From Squalus acanthias (lineage: Eukaryota), in contig CM059452.1 in the NCBI GenBank assembly GCA_030390025.1, positions 8,370,001 through 8,434,000 of the forward strand: a stretch of 64,000 nucleotides of DNA, in the 5' to 3' direction. A program made the position numbers and the translations under genes. Below are positions 49,515 through 62,204 of this stretch, piece by piece (position 1 is the first letter of the stretch; each line of letters opens with the position of its first letter). The notes under the pieces are model-generated. The model did not search any database and was not told where the DNA came from. It was given only the letters and a program-made list of their open reading frames with translations.

Positions 49515-50064
49515 TGTCGCTGTCCGCTCTGTAAAAGGGGGGTTGGATATTTGAAGACTCCCGTTCTAATCCCCGCCCTCAATAATCTGCTGTCGTGTCT
49601 CAGGATGCTCTCACCTCACTTCCTGGTGTCCCCAGTGGTGCTGTGAGACCGGTAGGTGGTGAGCTGGCTGCCAGTGAATGGAAACACCCCGAGCTGGGCT
49701 ACAGTCAGTGTCCTTATAGGGAAGTGGTTCCGCTTTAGAGACCGGGGGTGGGAATGAAACTCTTGTCTGGTTAATGGAACCGGGAAGCTGAGGGATTGTT
49801 AATGGTGACGGAAAATATTCCAGCATTAAAGAGACATTTTGAAGGGCAATGGACATTGGGGGAACTCTGTGATTGGGGCCTGTTTTAAAGAGCACAATCA
49901 CTACCTTGTGAAAGCTGCTTCATTGTGTATAAATTGTCTCTGACCCAGCAACATACTCTGATCAAATAAACTCTGTGTACAGGCCACGATCAATGGGTCC
50001 GGGACTCTGACAGGGGAGATGTGTAAAGGGCTGCACAATATTGCAGGCAGGCACGGAATGGGCA

Positions 50065-50580
50065 TCATAGATTCATAGAATCTTACAGCACAGAAGGGGT
50101 ATTCGGCCTGTCGTGCCTGTTTAGTCCCATATCCCAGCTTTTTCTCCATAACCCTGCAAATTAGTCCTCTTCAAGTACATGTCCAATTGCCTTTTGAAAG
50201 TTCCCATGAAATCTGATTCCACCACCCTTTCAGGCATTGCCTTTCAGATCTTAACAACCTCTTTGTGAAGAAATGTCTCCTCATTTCCCCTCTAGTTCTT
50301 TTTCCAATTATTTTAAATCTATTCCCTCTGGTTATCAACCCACTTGCCAGAGGAAATAGTTTCTCCCTATTTGCTCTGTCAAAACACCTCATAATTTTGA
50401 ATAATTCTAATAGGTCTCCCCTTAACCTTCTCTGCTCTTAGGAGAACAATCCCAGCTTCTACAATCTCTCCACATAACTGAAGTCCCTCATCCCTGGTAT
50501 CATCCTGGTAAACCTCCTCTGTTCCCTCTCCAGGGCCTTGACATCATCCTAACGTGTGGTGCCCAGAAATGTACACAATA
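50065..50580 (-). mobile_element. CR1 LINE 3' fragment
   Basis: YCVHFWAP..REKLFPLASG..EMRRHFF. Confidence 0.85.
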
Positions 50581-50786
50581 GAGAAAGGACAAAAGGGGAG
50601 TTAAGGCGCCACAAACATGATTTGTGAAGTTCATGTTTATTCTAAATACGAGTTGAAATCGCCTAAAAGATCCCCAAGTGGACCTGACCTGTTCTTGTTG
50701 AGTGTTGTGAAATGTCGCTCTGTTAAGTAGGTACCTGTGACTCTCACTGTGGAGGCTGAATGATCGCTGCTGGTTATCGATGTGAG

Positions 50787-50801
50787 AGCGCCCTCTGGTG
50801 A
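50787..50801 (-). promoter_or_regulatory. CTCF-binding motif 3' of the V24 nonamer
   Basis: Minus strand tcaccagagggcgct. Confidence 0.6.
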
Positions 50802-50864
50802 TCACTAACTGGAACTCTCAGTGTGGTTTTTGTACGGGATCCGCTATATCTCTGCGGCAGTGTG

Positions 50865-51295
50865 GGGCTCATGGCACAGAAATACACGGCGCTGTCGGTG
50901 ACAAGAACCGCGGTGATATTTAAAGGGACCGTTTTGCTGTCTCTCTGCAAAACAGCAGAAAACCGGGCTGGGAAATCTGGAGACTGGTCTACCGTCCCCG
51001 AGCTATATATCCTCAGTAAATATCTGGGAGCTTCCCGGGATACTGGATGAACCAGAACAGAGTTGGAGCAGCTGCCGAGTAACTGCAGTTCAGTATTATG
51101 CTTTTTCCATCCTGAACCATTAATTCAGACGGATCCTGGGACACTGATTTTTTGCCACTCGTTCCTGTAACAAAACACAGAATGTGTCAAAAGTCTGGGA
51201 GTAAGGATAATCCGTGAAACACACAATGACCATTTACATATGAACTCACTGGACAGCACGACCATTATTATTAGTATGGAACACGGGGAGCACAT
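50865..51295 (-). pseudogene. TRAV: Chimeric TCR V pseudogene V24 (SQDPSEL body with QDTVEQP 3' end and RSS), 1-bp frameshift in FR2
   Basis: Leader 51295-51250; exon 51164-50865; CCCGGGAAG versus family CCCGGGGAAG; ends CAMS, cacactg, 24 bp, acaaaaacc. Confidence 0.9.
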
Positions 51296-51336
51296 GGTGC
51301 CTGGTTTAGAATTAGACAGAAAACAGCAGATCATTT

Positions 51337-53368
51337 TAGAAGCATAGAAGATGGGAGCAGGAGTAGGCCATTCGGCCCCTCGAGCCTGCTCCGCCATTTA
51401 ATGAGATCATGGCTGATCATCCAAATTCAGTACCCTGTCCCTGTTTTCTCCCCATATCCCTTGATCCCTTTAGTCTTAAGAAATATATCTATCTCCTTCT
51501 TGAATATATTTAATGAATTGGCCTCAACTGCCTTCTACGGTAGAGAATTCCATAGGTTCACCACTCTCTGGGTGAAGAAATTCCTCCTCATCTCAGTCCT
51601 AAATGGCTTAGCCCTTATCCTTAGACTGTGACCTCTGGTTCTGGACTCCCCCGCCATCGGGAACATCCTTCCTGCCTCTAGTCTGTCTAGTCCTGTTAGA
51701 ACTTTATAAGTTTCAATGAGATCCCCTCTCATTCTTCTAAACTCTAGCGAATATAAGCCTAATCGACCCAATCTCTCTTCATACGTCATTCCTGCCATCC
51801 CAGGTATCAGTCTGGTGAATCTTCGCTAAACTCCCTCCATGGCAAGAACATCCTTCCTCAGATAAGACTACCAACACTGCACACAATACTCAAGGTGTGG
51901 TCTCACAAAGGCCGTGTACAACTGCAGCAAGACATCATTGCTCCTGTACTCGAATCCTCTCGCTATGAAGGCCAACATACCATTTGCCTTCTTAACCGCC
52001 TGCTGCACCTGTATGCTTACCTTCAGCGACTGGTGCACAAGGGCACCCAGGTCTCGTTGCACTTCCCCTTTTCCCAATCTATTGCCGTTCAGATAATAAT
52101 CTGCCTTCCTGTTTTTGCCAACAAAGTGGATAACCTCGCATTTATCCACATTATACTGCATCTGCCATGCATCTGCCCAATCACCCAACCTGTCCAAATC
52201 ATACTGGAGTTTCTCTGCATCCTCTTCACAGCACACACGCCCACCCAGCTTTGTGTCGTCTGCAAACTTGGAGATATTACATCTAGTTCCCTCGCCTAGA
52301 TCATTAATATATATTGTGAATAGCTGGGGTCCCAGCACCGATCCCAGCGGTACCCCACTAGTCACTGCCTGCCACTCGGAAAAAAGACCCGTTTATTCCA
52401 ACTCTTTGCTTCCTGTCTGCCAACCAGTTCTCTGTCCAAGTACCCTAGGATGTAGATTATCAGGCCCTGGGGATTTATAGGCCTTCAATCCCGTCAATTT
52501 CCCTAACACCATTTCCCTACAAATACTGATTTCATTCAGTTCCTCCCTCTCATTGGACCCTATGTTCCCCGACATCTCTGGGAGGTTATTTGTGTCCTAC
52601 TTTGTGAAGACAGAGCCAAAGTATGTATTTAATTGGTCTGCCATTTCTTTGTTCCCCATTATAAATTCCCCTGATTCTGACTGCAAGGGACCTACGCTTG
52701 ACTTCACCAATCTTTTTCTCTTTACATATATATAGAAGCTTTTACAGTCAGTTTTTATGTTCCCTGCAAGCTTACTCTCATACTCTGTTTCCCCCTCTTA
52801 ATTAATCCCTTTGTCCTCCTTTGCTGAATCCTAAACTGCTCCCAAACCTGAGGTTTGCTGCTTTTTCTGGCCAATTTATATATCATCTCTTTGGATTTTA
52901 TGCTATTACTAATTTCCCTTGTTAGCCACGGTTGAGTCAACTTTTTTGTTTTATTTTTATGCCAAACAGGGATGAACAAATTCTGTAGTTCATCCATGCG
53001 ATCTTTAAATGTTTGCCATTGCCTATCCACCGTCAACCCTTTAAGTAACGTCCCCCAATCCATCCTAGCCAACCCGCGCCTCATATCATCGTAGTTTCCT
53101 TTATTTAAATTCAGGTCCCTAGTCTCTGAGTCAACTAATTCACTCTCCATCTTAATGAAGAATTCTGTCATATTATGATCGCTCCTCCCCAAGGTGCCTC
53201 GCACAATAAGATTGCAAATAAATCCTTTCTCATTACATAATACCCAGTCTAAGATGGCCTGGTCTCTAGTTGGTTCCTCGACATACTGGTCCAGGAAACC
53301 ATCCCGTATACACTCTAGGAATTCCTCCTCCACGGTATTGTTACTAATTTGGTTAGCCCAATCTATAT
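51337..53368 (-). mobile_element. CR1 LINE, disrupted, internally deleted; continues at 55917-55942
   Basis: EN-end motif EEPTRDQAILDWVL; RT KFADD. Confidence 0.95.
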
Positions 53369-55911
53369 CAGGATAATGAAACAGTTTGGGTAGAGATTAG
53401 GAATAATAAGGGGAAGAAAACACTGGTGGGCGTAGTATATAGGCCTCCTAATAGTTGCAACTCTGTTGGAAGAAGTATTAATCAGGAAATAGTTGGGGCA
53501 TGTAATAAGGGAACAGCGATAATTATGGGGGATTTTAACTATCATATTAACTGGACAAATCAAATTGGGCAGGGCAGCCTTGAGGAAGAGTTTATTGAGT
53601 GTCTTAGGGATGGATTTCTTGAGCAGTATGTAACTGATCCTACAAGGGGGCAAGCAACCTTGGACCTGGTACTGTGTAATGAGTCAGGATTAATTAATAA
53701 TGTCCTAGTTAAGGATCCCCTTGGAATGCGTGACCATAACATGGTTGAATTCCATATCCAATTAGAGGGTGAGAAGGTTGGTTCTCAAACAAGCGTACTG
53801 AGCTTGAATAAAGGAGACTATGATGGCATGAGAGCAGAATTGATTAAAGTGGACTGGGAAAATAGATTAAAGGGTAAGACGGTACATGAGCAGTGGTGTT
53901 CATTCAAGGAGTTATTTTACAACTTTCAAAATAAATATATTCCACTGAGGAAAAAAGGGTGTAAAAGAAATGACAGCCATCCATGGCTAAGTAAAGAAAT
54001 TAAAGAAAGTATCCAACTAAAAACAAGGACATATAAGGTAGCCAAAGTTAGTGGGAGGATAGAAGATTGGGAAGTCTTCAAAGACAACAAAAAGTAACTA
54101 AAGGATTGATTAAGAAAGGGAAAATAGACTATGAAAATAAATTAGCAAAAAATATAAAAACAGATAGCAAGAGTTTCTATAGTTATATAAAAAGAAAAAG
54201 GGTGGTTAAGGCAAACGTAGGTCCCTTAGAGGATGAGACCTGGAAATTAATGGTGGGAAACATGGAGATGGCAAAAATGCTGAACAAATATTTTGTTTCA
54301 GTCTTTACGGTAGAGGACACTAAGAATATCCCAACACTGGACAAACAGGGGGCTCTAGTGGGGGAGGAGCTAAATACGATTAAAATCACTAAGGAATTGG
54401 TACTCAGTAAAATAATGGGACTCAAGGCGGATAAATCCCCTGGACCTGATGGCTTACATCCTAGGGTCTTGAGGGAAGTGGCAGTAGGAATTGTGGATGC
54501 TTTGGTAATAATTTTCCCAAACTCCCTGAACTCAGCAAAGGTCCCGGCAGATTGGAAAACTGCTAATGTAACAACCTTATTTAAAAAGGGTTGTAGGCAG
54601 AAGGCTGGAAATTATAGACCAGTTAGCCTAACATCTGTGGTGGGTAAAATTTTGGAGTCTATTATTAAGGAGACAGTAACGGAACATTTAGATAAACATA
54701 ATTTAATAGGACAAAGTCAGCATGGCTTTATGAAGGGGAAGTCATGTCTGACAAATTTGCTCGAGTTCTTTGAGGAAATAACGTACAGGGTGGATAAAGG
54801 GGAACCAGTGGATGTAGTGTATTTAGACTTCCAGAAGGCATTCGACAAGGTGCCACATAAAAGATTAGTACTCAAGATAAAAAATCACTGGATTGGGGGT
54901 AATATTCTGGCATGGGTGGAGGATTGGTTATCTAACAGGAAGCAGAGAGTTGGGATAAATGGTTCATTCTCGGACTGGCAATCAATACAATATTGGAAAA
55001 TGTGAGGTTATGCACTTTGGCAGGAAAAATCAGAGAGCAAGTTATTATCTTAATGGCGAGAAACTGGAAAGTACTGCAGTACAAAGGGGCCTGGGGGTCT
55101 TGGTGCAAGAAAATCAAAAAGTTAGTATGCAGGTGCAGCAGGTGATCAAGAAAGCCAATGGAATGTTGGCTTTTATTGCTAGGGGGATAGAATATAAAAA
55201 CAGGGAGGTATTGCTGCAGTTGTATAGGGTATTGGTGAGACCGCAACTGGAGTACTGCATACAGTTTTGGTGTCCATACTTAAGAAAAGACATACTTGCT
55301 CTCGAGGCAGTACAAAGAACGTTCACTCGGTTAATTCCGGGGATGAGGGGGTGGACATACGAGGAGAGTTTGAGTAGATTGGGACTCTACTCATTGGAGT
55401 TCAGAAGAATGAGAGGCGATCTTATTGAAACATATAAGATTGTGAAGGGGCTTGATCGGGTGGACGCGGTGAGGATGTTCCCAATGATGGGTGAAACTAG
55501 AACTAGGGGACATAATCTTAGAATAAGGGGCTGCTCTTTCAAAACTGAGATGAGGAGAAACTTTTTCACTCAGAGGGTAGTAGGTCTGTGGAATTTGCTA
55601 CCCCAGGAAGCTGTGGAAGCTACAACATTAAATAAATTTAAAACAGAAATAGACAGTTTCCTAGAAGTAAAGGGAATCAGGGGTTACGGGGAGCGGGCTG
55701 GAAATTGGACATGAGTTTGAGTTCGGATCGGTCAAGGCCCTGTGGGTGGCGGAGTGGGCCCAGGGGCTGAGTGGCCGGGTCCTGCTCCTGCTTCTTGTGT
55801 TCTTTAGAGTTGAGGTTGGATCAGATCAGCCATGATCTCATTGAATGGCGGAGCAGGCTCGAGGGGCCGATTGGCCTACTCCTGCTCCTATTTCTTATGT
55901 TCTTATGTTCT
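53369..55911 (+). mobile_element. CR1 LINE nested in the minus-strand CR1, with an internal RT deletion
   Basis: VVYRPP..GDFN; YRPVSLTS; DFQKAFDKV; (ttcttatg)n tail; tatat on both flanks. Confidence 0.95.
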
Positions 55912-55942
55912 TATATGTAGATTAAAATCACTCATGATAACT

Positions 55943-56500
55943 CGCCACAGAATACCCAGCCTCTGACCTGCTCTTGTTGCCACAGTATTTATGTGGCTGG
56001 TCCAGTTAAGTTTATGGTCAACGGTGACCCCCCACCACCCCCCCAGGATATTGATGGTGGGGGATTCGGCGATGGTAATGCCATTGAATGTCAAGGGGTG
56101 GTGGTTAGACTGTCGCTTGTTGGAGATAGTCATTGCCTGGTCTTGTTGCATGCGGGCATGGACTGCTTCATTTTCTGAGGAGTTGTGAATGGTGCTGAAC
56201 ATTGTGCAGTCATCAGCGAACATCCCCATTTCTGACCTTATGTTGGAGGGAAGGTCATTGATGAAGCAGCTGGAGATGGTTGGGCCTTGGACACTGCCCT
56301 GAGGAACTCCTGCAGCGATGTCCTGGGGCTTTGATGATTGACCTTCAACCACCACAACCATCTTCCTTTGTGCTAGGTATGACTCTAGCCAGTGGAGACT
56401 TTTCCCCCTGATTCCCATTGACTTCCCTTTTACTCGGGCTCCTTGATGCCACACTCGGTCAAATGCTGCCTTGATATCAAGGGCAGTCACTCTCACTTTC
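55943..56500 (-). mobile_element. LINE (CR1/L2 superclade) RT fragment
   Basis: LDIKAAFDRVWH..GVPQGS..FADD. Confidence 0.9.
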
Positions 56501-56538
56501 ATTCTGTTTCCATGGGAAACCAGGAATGTTTTCTGCAG

Positions 56539-56632
56539 AACTGAGTTCTGGAGACTCCTTCAAGCAGTGGCCAACAGAAGCCCAATATCTGGAAGGAACC
56601 TCAATGAGCATAAATTGTAACTTTTCAACGTC
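56539..56632 (+). pseudogene. GLSSGDSV-family V 5' fragment fused to the QDTVEQP-family 3' flank
   Basis: Acceptor then LSSGDSFKQWPTEAQYLEGTSMSINCNFST; homology then jumps to the post-RSS flank. Confidence 0.85.
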
Positions 56633-59151
56633 CCTAGTGTACCAAAACGCCCACTGAGAGGGCGCTCTCACACCGATAACCAGAAGCAATAATTCAGCCT
56701 CCACAGTGAGAGTCACACGGACCTCCTTAAAAGTACAAAAAAACACAGCACTCAACAAGAACAGGTGAGGTCCCCTGGCCGAATTATATTAGTTTGTGAT
56801 TTCAACTCGCATTTATACTAAAAATGAACTTCAGCAATCATGTCTGTGGTTCCACAACTCACCTTTTGTCTTTTGATGTAATTTCCGTGCCTGCCTGTCT
56901 CTTCTCATCCCTTGTCTCCACTCTTTACTAATCGTATGGACTTTCTTCTTCCAGTCTTTAGTTTAACGATATAAAACCTTTACTGCTGCATGGCATATTA
57001 ATTCAGAACCGCTCTAACCCAGCTTCCCATAAACAGGAACTGCAGACAGGTCAGTGAATAATGTTAAGATCAGCTCCGAGAAGAGGTTGCTGACAGGGCC
57101 AGGAACCTCCTGCTGGTCGCTCCGTTAATGGGACAGGATCTGGTTCCCATATTCTGCCTGTGTGTGTTATTTCATCTCGTGTATTCCTTCAAAACCAATA
57201 CTTAATGTATTGGGGTGCTCGGGAAATCCTCCGACCCATTACTCTATTTTAGTTTCACTATATTTAGATGACACTTTCCAAGCTTGAAAACAGAGGTGTT
57301 GGAAACCCACAACCGAATGGGAGAGGACATGAAAGAGAAAATTAGTTGAATGTTTCGGGAGATCTGTGGAGAAAATAGAGAGATTTCTGATCTCTTTCGC
57401 TATTCTTGCTGTTCCGGTCACTGGTTGCCTCATTGAACTTCCGTGCGTCAGTTAACCTGCAATAAATCTGACCAAGTGCTATTGGCCTGTAAGGAGAACT
57501 CTGACTGTGTGGCAGTTTCCCCGAGGGAGGCTGTAATAAATTGCTATTCAGTGGTTCAGTTGGCTCACACCCTGTCAGTGATTTAAGCAGCCATGAAGGA
57601 CAGTGATTCCCACAATGCACAGCTGGCCAGAATAGGCCCAATGTGGACCACGGGCCGTGCTGCTCCCTGGGAGCACTGTTCGCACATGCGCAACTCGCCA
57701 ACCGCTTCAATTATTGTTGTCTGTATCTTTATTTCTGTCTCATATTTTCTCCTTTTTATTAAGAAAGGGAGACCGTTTCTTTTGTGGGAATTGAAGTCAC
57801 ACGTCACACCGCACGTCACACAAACATGGCCGTCACCGCTTTGCCCTGCACTGGATGACGCCACAATGCTTTTCGCATGTCACAGCACCGCGATTGGCTG
57901 TTTTTCACATTCATTGAGGGTCAGAGGTCACGGGCAGTCTCCAGGCTCCGGTCAGCGCTAAAGATTCCGCGTGTGTGCAGCCTATGACCCCTGACCCAGG
58001 GCTGTGACCCTGGGGGGTCAGCTCGGAAAGTCTTCAATGGGCCCTGCACCACCCGATATTCTCGCAGCCTGGGGATAGGATACAGAGCCGGGAGACACAG
58101 CGATGGTGGCTGAAGGTATTTGTCGCTTTGAGGGGAGGGAGAGAAATTGGGGCAGAGACATAGTTTAAACAGCAACTCCATCCATTTGCAATGTTCCTTC
58201 TCAGCCCTTCAGAAGGGCCGCCTAATTCATCCGTTCCTCAACCCGATCATATATTCAACCACAGGAGACCTCGCGCCTGGACTCCAGGAGCTCAGAGGGA
58301 AAGCAGCACTGCATCAGAAGGAGAATGCCAGAAGATACTCGGGTCTGGCCAGAAACCTCTGGAGATGTTCCCGGGGCGGGGAGGCATCGAAAGAGCCCGA
58401 GGATCCGGTTAAGGACGTGGAGCAAAACTACAGGGAAACAGGGATCAGAGATCTGAAGGTCACTGGCGGTACACAGTAGTGATGTTCACTGAGTTCATGG
58501 AGATGGTACAAGAGGGAATGGAGCAGAGCAGGGAGAAAGGTCGTCAGGGATACAGGAGACAGATGGTCAGGGTAAATGGGTGTGGCTCAGATTGGAGAAG
58601 GGTTGGAAGTGGTTACCCCAGTGCTGGGCCTACTCTTTCATTGGTCTGTGTGGACCATTTGGACTCGGGACTCCATTAAAGGGTCTAATCCAAAACAAAA
58701 AATACATTCTATAGCGCCCTCCCCGAGAGGAGGGCTACACTCGCTCACTTGGCCTGAACAAAACTAGAACGATATTCCATCAGAATTTGATTTTGTCCGA
58801 CTGTCACACAACCTGTGTCCAGCAGTGACCAAATATACCTGAGGACACCGCGTGATCCTAATCCCCTCTCCCTCAAATACAATCTCTCCTTCTTTCCTCT
58901 CTGCCCTGGGTGTCTGTGTGCGTATACACCAGAATAGGTGGAGAGAAAGAGTGAATGTGTAACAGGGAAGTTCGAGAGTCTGTGTTTATAACAGAGAAGT
59001 TGGAAACAGAATCTCTGTGTTTATAACAGTAAAGTGAAGAGTGCCTGAGTGTGTATAACAGAAAAGCTGGAGAGAGAGCCTGTGTGCCGGATAGGCCCCA
59101 GACTCTGAGAATCATTTCCAGGGTTTGTGCTCCCCAGTGTGTCTGTGTCAG

Positions 59152-59352
59152 ATATCTAACAAGTGTGCAGCTGCCGTGGGAGTGTTTGATGGGACAGTGT
59201 AGAGGGAGCTTTACTCTGTATCTAACCCATGCTGTACCTGCCCTGGGAGTGTTTGATGGGACAGTGTAGAGGGAGCTTTACTCCGTATCTAACAAGTGTG
59301 TACCTGCTCTGGAAGTGTTTGATGGGACAGTGTAGAGGGAGATTTACTCTGC
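59152..59352. repeat. 67-bp minisatellite, about 3 copies
   Basis: Same unit as 23277-23822. Confidence 0.9.
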
Positions 59353-60168
59353 CATGTACTGTAATGCTCTTTATTAGAACCTGGCATGTCACTGTTACAG
59401 ACCATAATATTAGAGAAGACTGCGTGGTGCGCCTGGTCGCTGTTGGTCGCTATGCAGTCATTCCGCCTCTGGGTCTTGACATAAAAAGGCACGGGTAAAG
59501 GTGTCTTTACTCTGAAGGGGCACTATGTGGCGCAGTGGCTCCTTAACCGAAGGGACTTGGGTTTAAACACAACCCAGACAGGACGGGTGAAAAATACCTG
59601 TCAGGGAAATAAAACAAAGTGTGATAGGGAAAATGGAGCGGTATGGAGCAGCCTTGGAGAAAGGAATTCAGCAAAGTCCAAGTTAGTCAATTTATCATTC
59701 CAGATTTATTAACAATTTCACAGAGAACAATTTACAGTGAAGTTTTTAAAAAGTTAACACAAAGTGAATATAACAACAGAGCGTCACATTGAGACCTGAA
59801 CACAGGCGGTCTGAGCTGCCAGTTATCTGTACAACTGTAACAGACACCAGAGGGAGAGAAAACAGGGGCTCTACATAAAGGGAAGGGAACAATTGTGAAT
59901 TACGAATGAGAAAAGTGACTTATTTACACATGAAATATTCAAACAACGGTGAAACTCTAAGATTCATTTACATTATAGCCACGATTATCTCACACATTTC
60001 AAACAGAGAGGCGGAAATCCCGGTTATGATTTTCTCAGCTACAGATTCGGATCTATTAACTGAAGGCATTTGACTCTGAGAATCACCAAGAGGATATATT
60101 TTATTTTCAGGACACAGAGATGTTAATAAACAGATGAGGAAAATCCACGGCGTCCGAAATTCAACCGT

Positions 60169-60177
60169 TCACTTGAT
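60169..60177 (-). CDS. IGHM: Immunoglobulin heavy-chain TM2 (cytoplasmic) exon, IK-stop
   Basis: ccctcttttacag|ATC AAG TGA, 140 nt downstream of the TM1 donor; AATAAA near 60100. Confidence 0.8.
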   Translation of the reverse strand: MK

Positions 60178-60317
60178 CTGTAAAAGAGGGATAAAAGAAT
60201 GAAGCAGAGATTTAGTGGTTTGGGGCATTTATCTCAGGGTTTTTATCAATGAAACTTTTAGAGATTTGTCAAACCGCTTCAGTCAGATCGAAGTGTGAGT
60301 GGATTGAATCTTCTCAC

Positions 60318-60445
60318 CTTCACTAGAGTGACGGCAGCGCTGTAGGCCATGCTCAGGAAGAACAGGATGATGAATGTGGAAGCGGTTGTCCAGATGTTGC
60401 CGCTCTCTTCCTCATAGTCTTCAATCAAGATGTGGTCTGAGGAAT
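60318..60445 (-). CDS. IGHM: Immunoglobulin heavy-chain (IgM-type) transmembrane exon TM1
   Basis: cccgtag| (D)SSDHILIEDYEEESGNIWTTASTFIILFFLSMAYSAAVTLVK |gtgag; acidic spacer and CART motif; 128 nt, phase 1 to phase 0, no stops. Confidence 0.92.
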
Positions 60446-61094
60446 CTACGGGGATGTAGAGGCGGAAATATATTCAGATCCTTTATTAATCCAAGATATC
60501 ATATTATTATTATATATTCTCTTCTTTTCCTTAAGGTATTAGTTTGTTCTCTAATTGAATTTTCAATGTATATCTTGAGTTAAGTTAATCTCTCTCAGCA
60601 ATCTATCTCTGTTCCTAACTCCACAGTCGCTCTTCCTTTTTGATCCTCCTATAGTCTGTGCTGGAAAAAACGACAGTTTTTTCTTCAATGTCACACGCTA
60701 ATTGATTTTGCATCAATTTCGTACAATCTATCATTCGGGAATTATGTGATGAAATATCGAGGGAGGTTTACTGATTGATATCGATTATTTTAACGATAGG
60801 TTTAGATAGCTACTTATTTGGAGACTGTCAATGGGGCTGGGTAAGAGATCAGATGTGAGTTATAATCTTGTTTATTTATTTGTTATGGCAGTGCTCTGAA
60901 CATAATTAACTTGTATCAGTTTCCAACAAGAACATTGATTCAGTGTATGTGTAGGACCAGAATAGAGAAATGTGAGATGTTATGGTATCAGGAATTATTC
61001 ATTCAGAACAATCGTTGGAAACTGTGCTCGTTCAAAAAGTGCATTTTAATTCTACAATCGTCTATAGCCTGAGGTTTTTTCGCGCATTCGTATT

Positions 61095-61875
61095 TGCGTA
61101 TGTGTGTATAACAATCTCTTGTTTTGTTTTAGTCTGTGTTTGTGTGTTAATGTGTGTGTTGCTGTGTAAGTGTGTGTGCGTGTGTTTATGTGTAATTGTG
61201 TGTGTGCTGATGTTTAAGTTTGCGTGTTTGTGTAATTCTATATATGGGTATTTATGTGTAAGTGTGTGATTATGTGTAAGTGTGCGTGTATTTTTGTCAG
61301 TTTGTGTATGTTTATGTGTAAGTCTTTGTATAAGTGTGTGTGTTTATTTGTAATTGTGTGTGTGTTTGTGTGTAAGTTTATTTGTAAATGTGTTTATGTT
61401 TAATTGTGTGTTTGTTTTTTGTGTATGTGCGTCCATGTGTGTGTTTATGTTTATGTTTAGGGTTATGTGGAAGTGTTTGTGTATGTTCAGGTGTAAGCGT
61501 GTGAGTGTTTCTGTGTAATTGTGTGTTTGTTTGTAAGTGTGTGTTTGTGTGTGTGTGTTTGTGTTGAGTGTGAGTTTATGGGTGTGTAAGTGTGTGTGTG
61601 TTAATGCATGTGTTTGTGTGTGTTTTGTTTAAGGGTGTGCGCGTGTGTATTTCCGGTACTGTTCAAAGTTTCAGAGATTACCAATAACTGGGTCTGAAAA
61701 TGACGGTGTGTATTATATTCTGGGTATGTGTAATATTCTATGTCAATATGTTAATGCGTGTGTTTATGTGTATGTCTGTGTGTGTTTATGTGTAAGTGTG
61801 CACTTACACAAAACACACACACTTACACAAAATTGCAAACGCACTGACACATAAACACACACACACTCACTTTAC
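61095..61875. repeat. Degenerate (TG)n / (CA)n microsatellite
   Basis: Direct inspection. Confidence 0.9.
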
Positions 61876-62204
61876 ACGCATTCTTCTCCGCTCTGTGTAA
61901 ATGTGTTCTGTGTGAGACGCAATGTGACGTCAACCGATGGGCCTCAAACCATCAGCGACAGAACGGTGAGAAACCCGCAGAAGATTCAATCACCAGTTCA
62001 AATTTGGACTATTAAAATTCAATCTGTTAGTTTATGAATAACAGGGACAGATTTACCCCAAACACTAGTTAAAGATAAGTTGTTGAATAAATATTTATTT
62101 TACAATATGATTCTCATCCGGCAACTTTAACGTTTTTAGACTGTGAGTTAAAGCTGACTTTTTACTGATGGCAACTGAGTTCATACAATAGAGATTGGTT
62201 CACC

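Noticed and set aside
10120-56745. Extra CACAGTG about 110 bp beyond QDTVEQP-family heptamers (10120, 10662, 17164, 38970, 50744, 56702) as D or second RSS
   Set aside because: No nonamer at 12 or 23 bp; the nearest A-rich run is 26-28 bp away.
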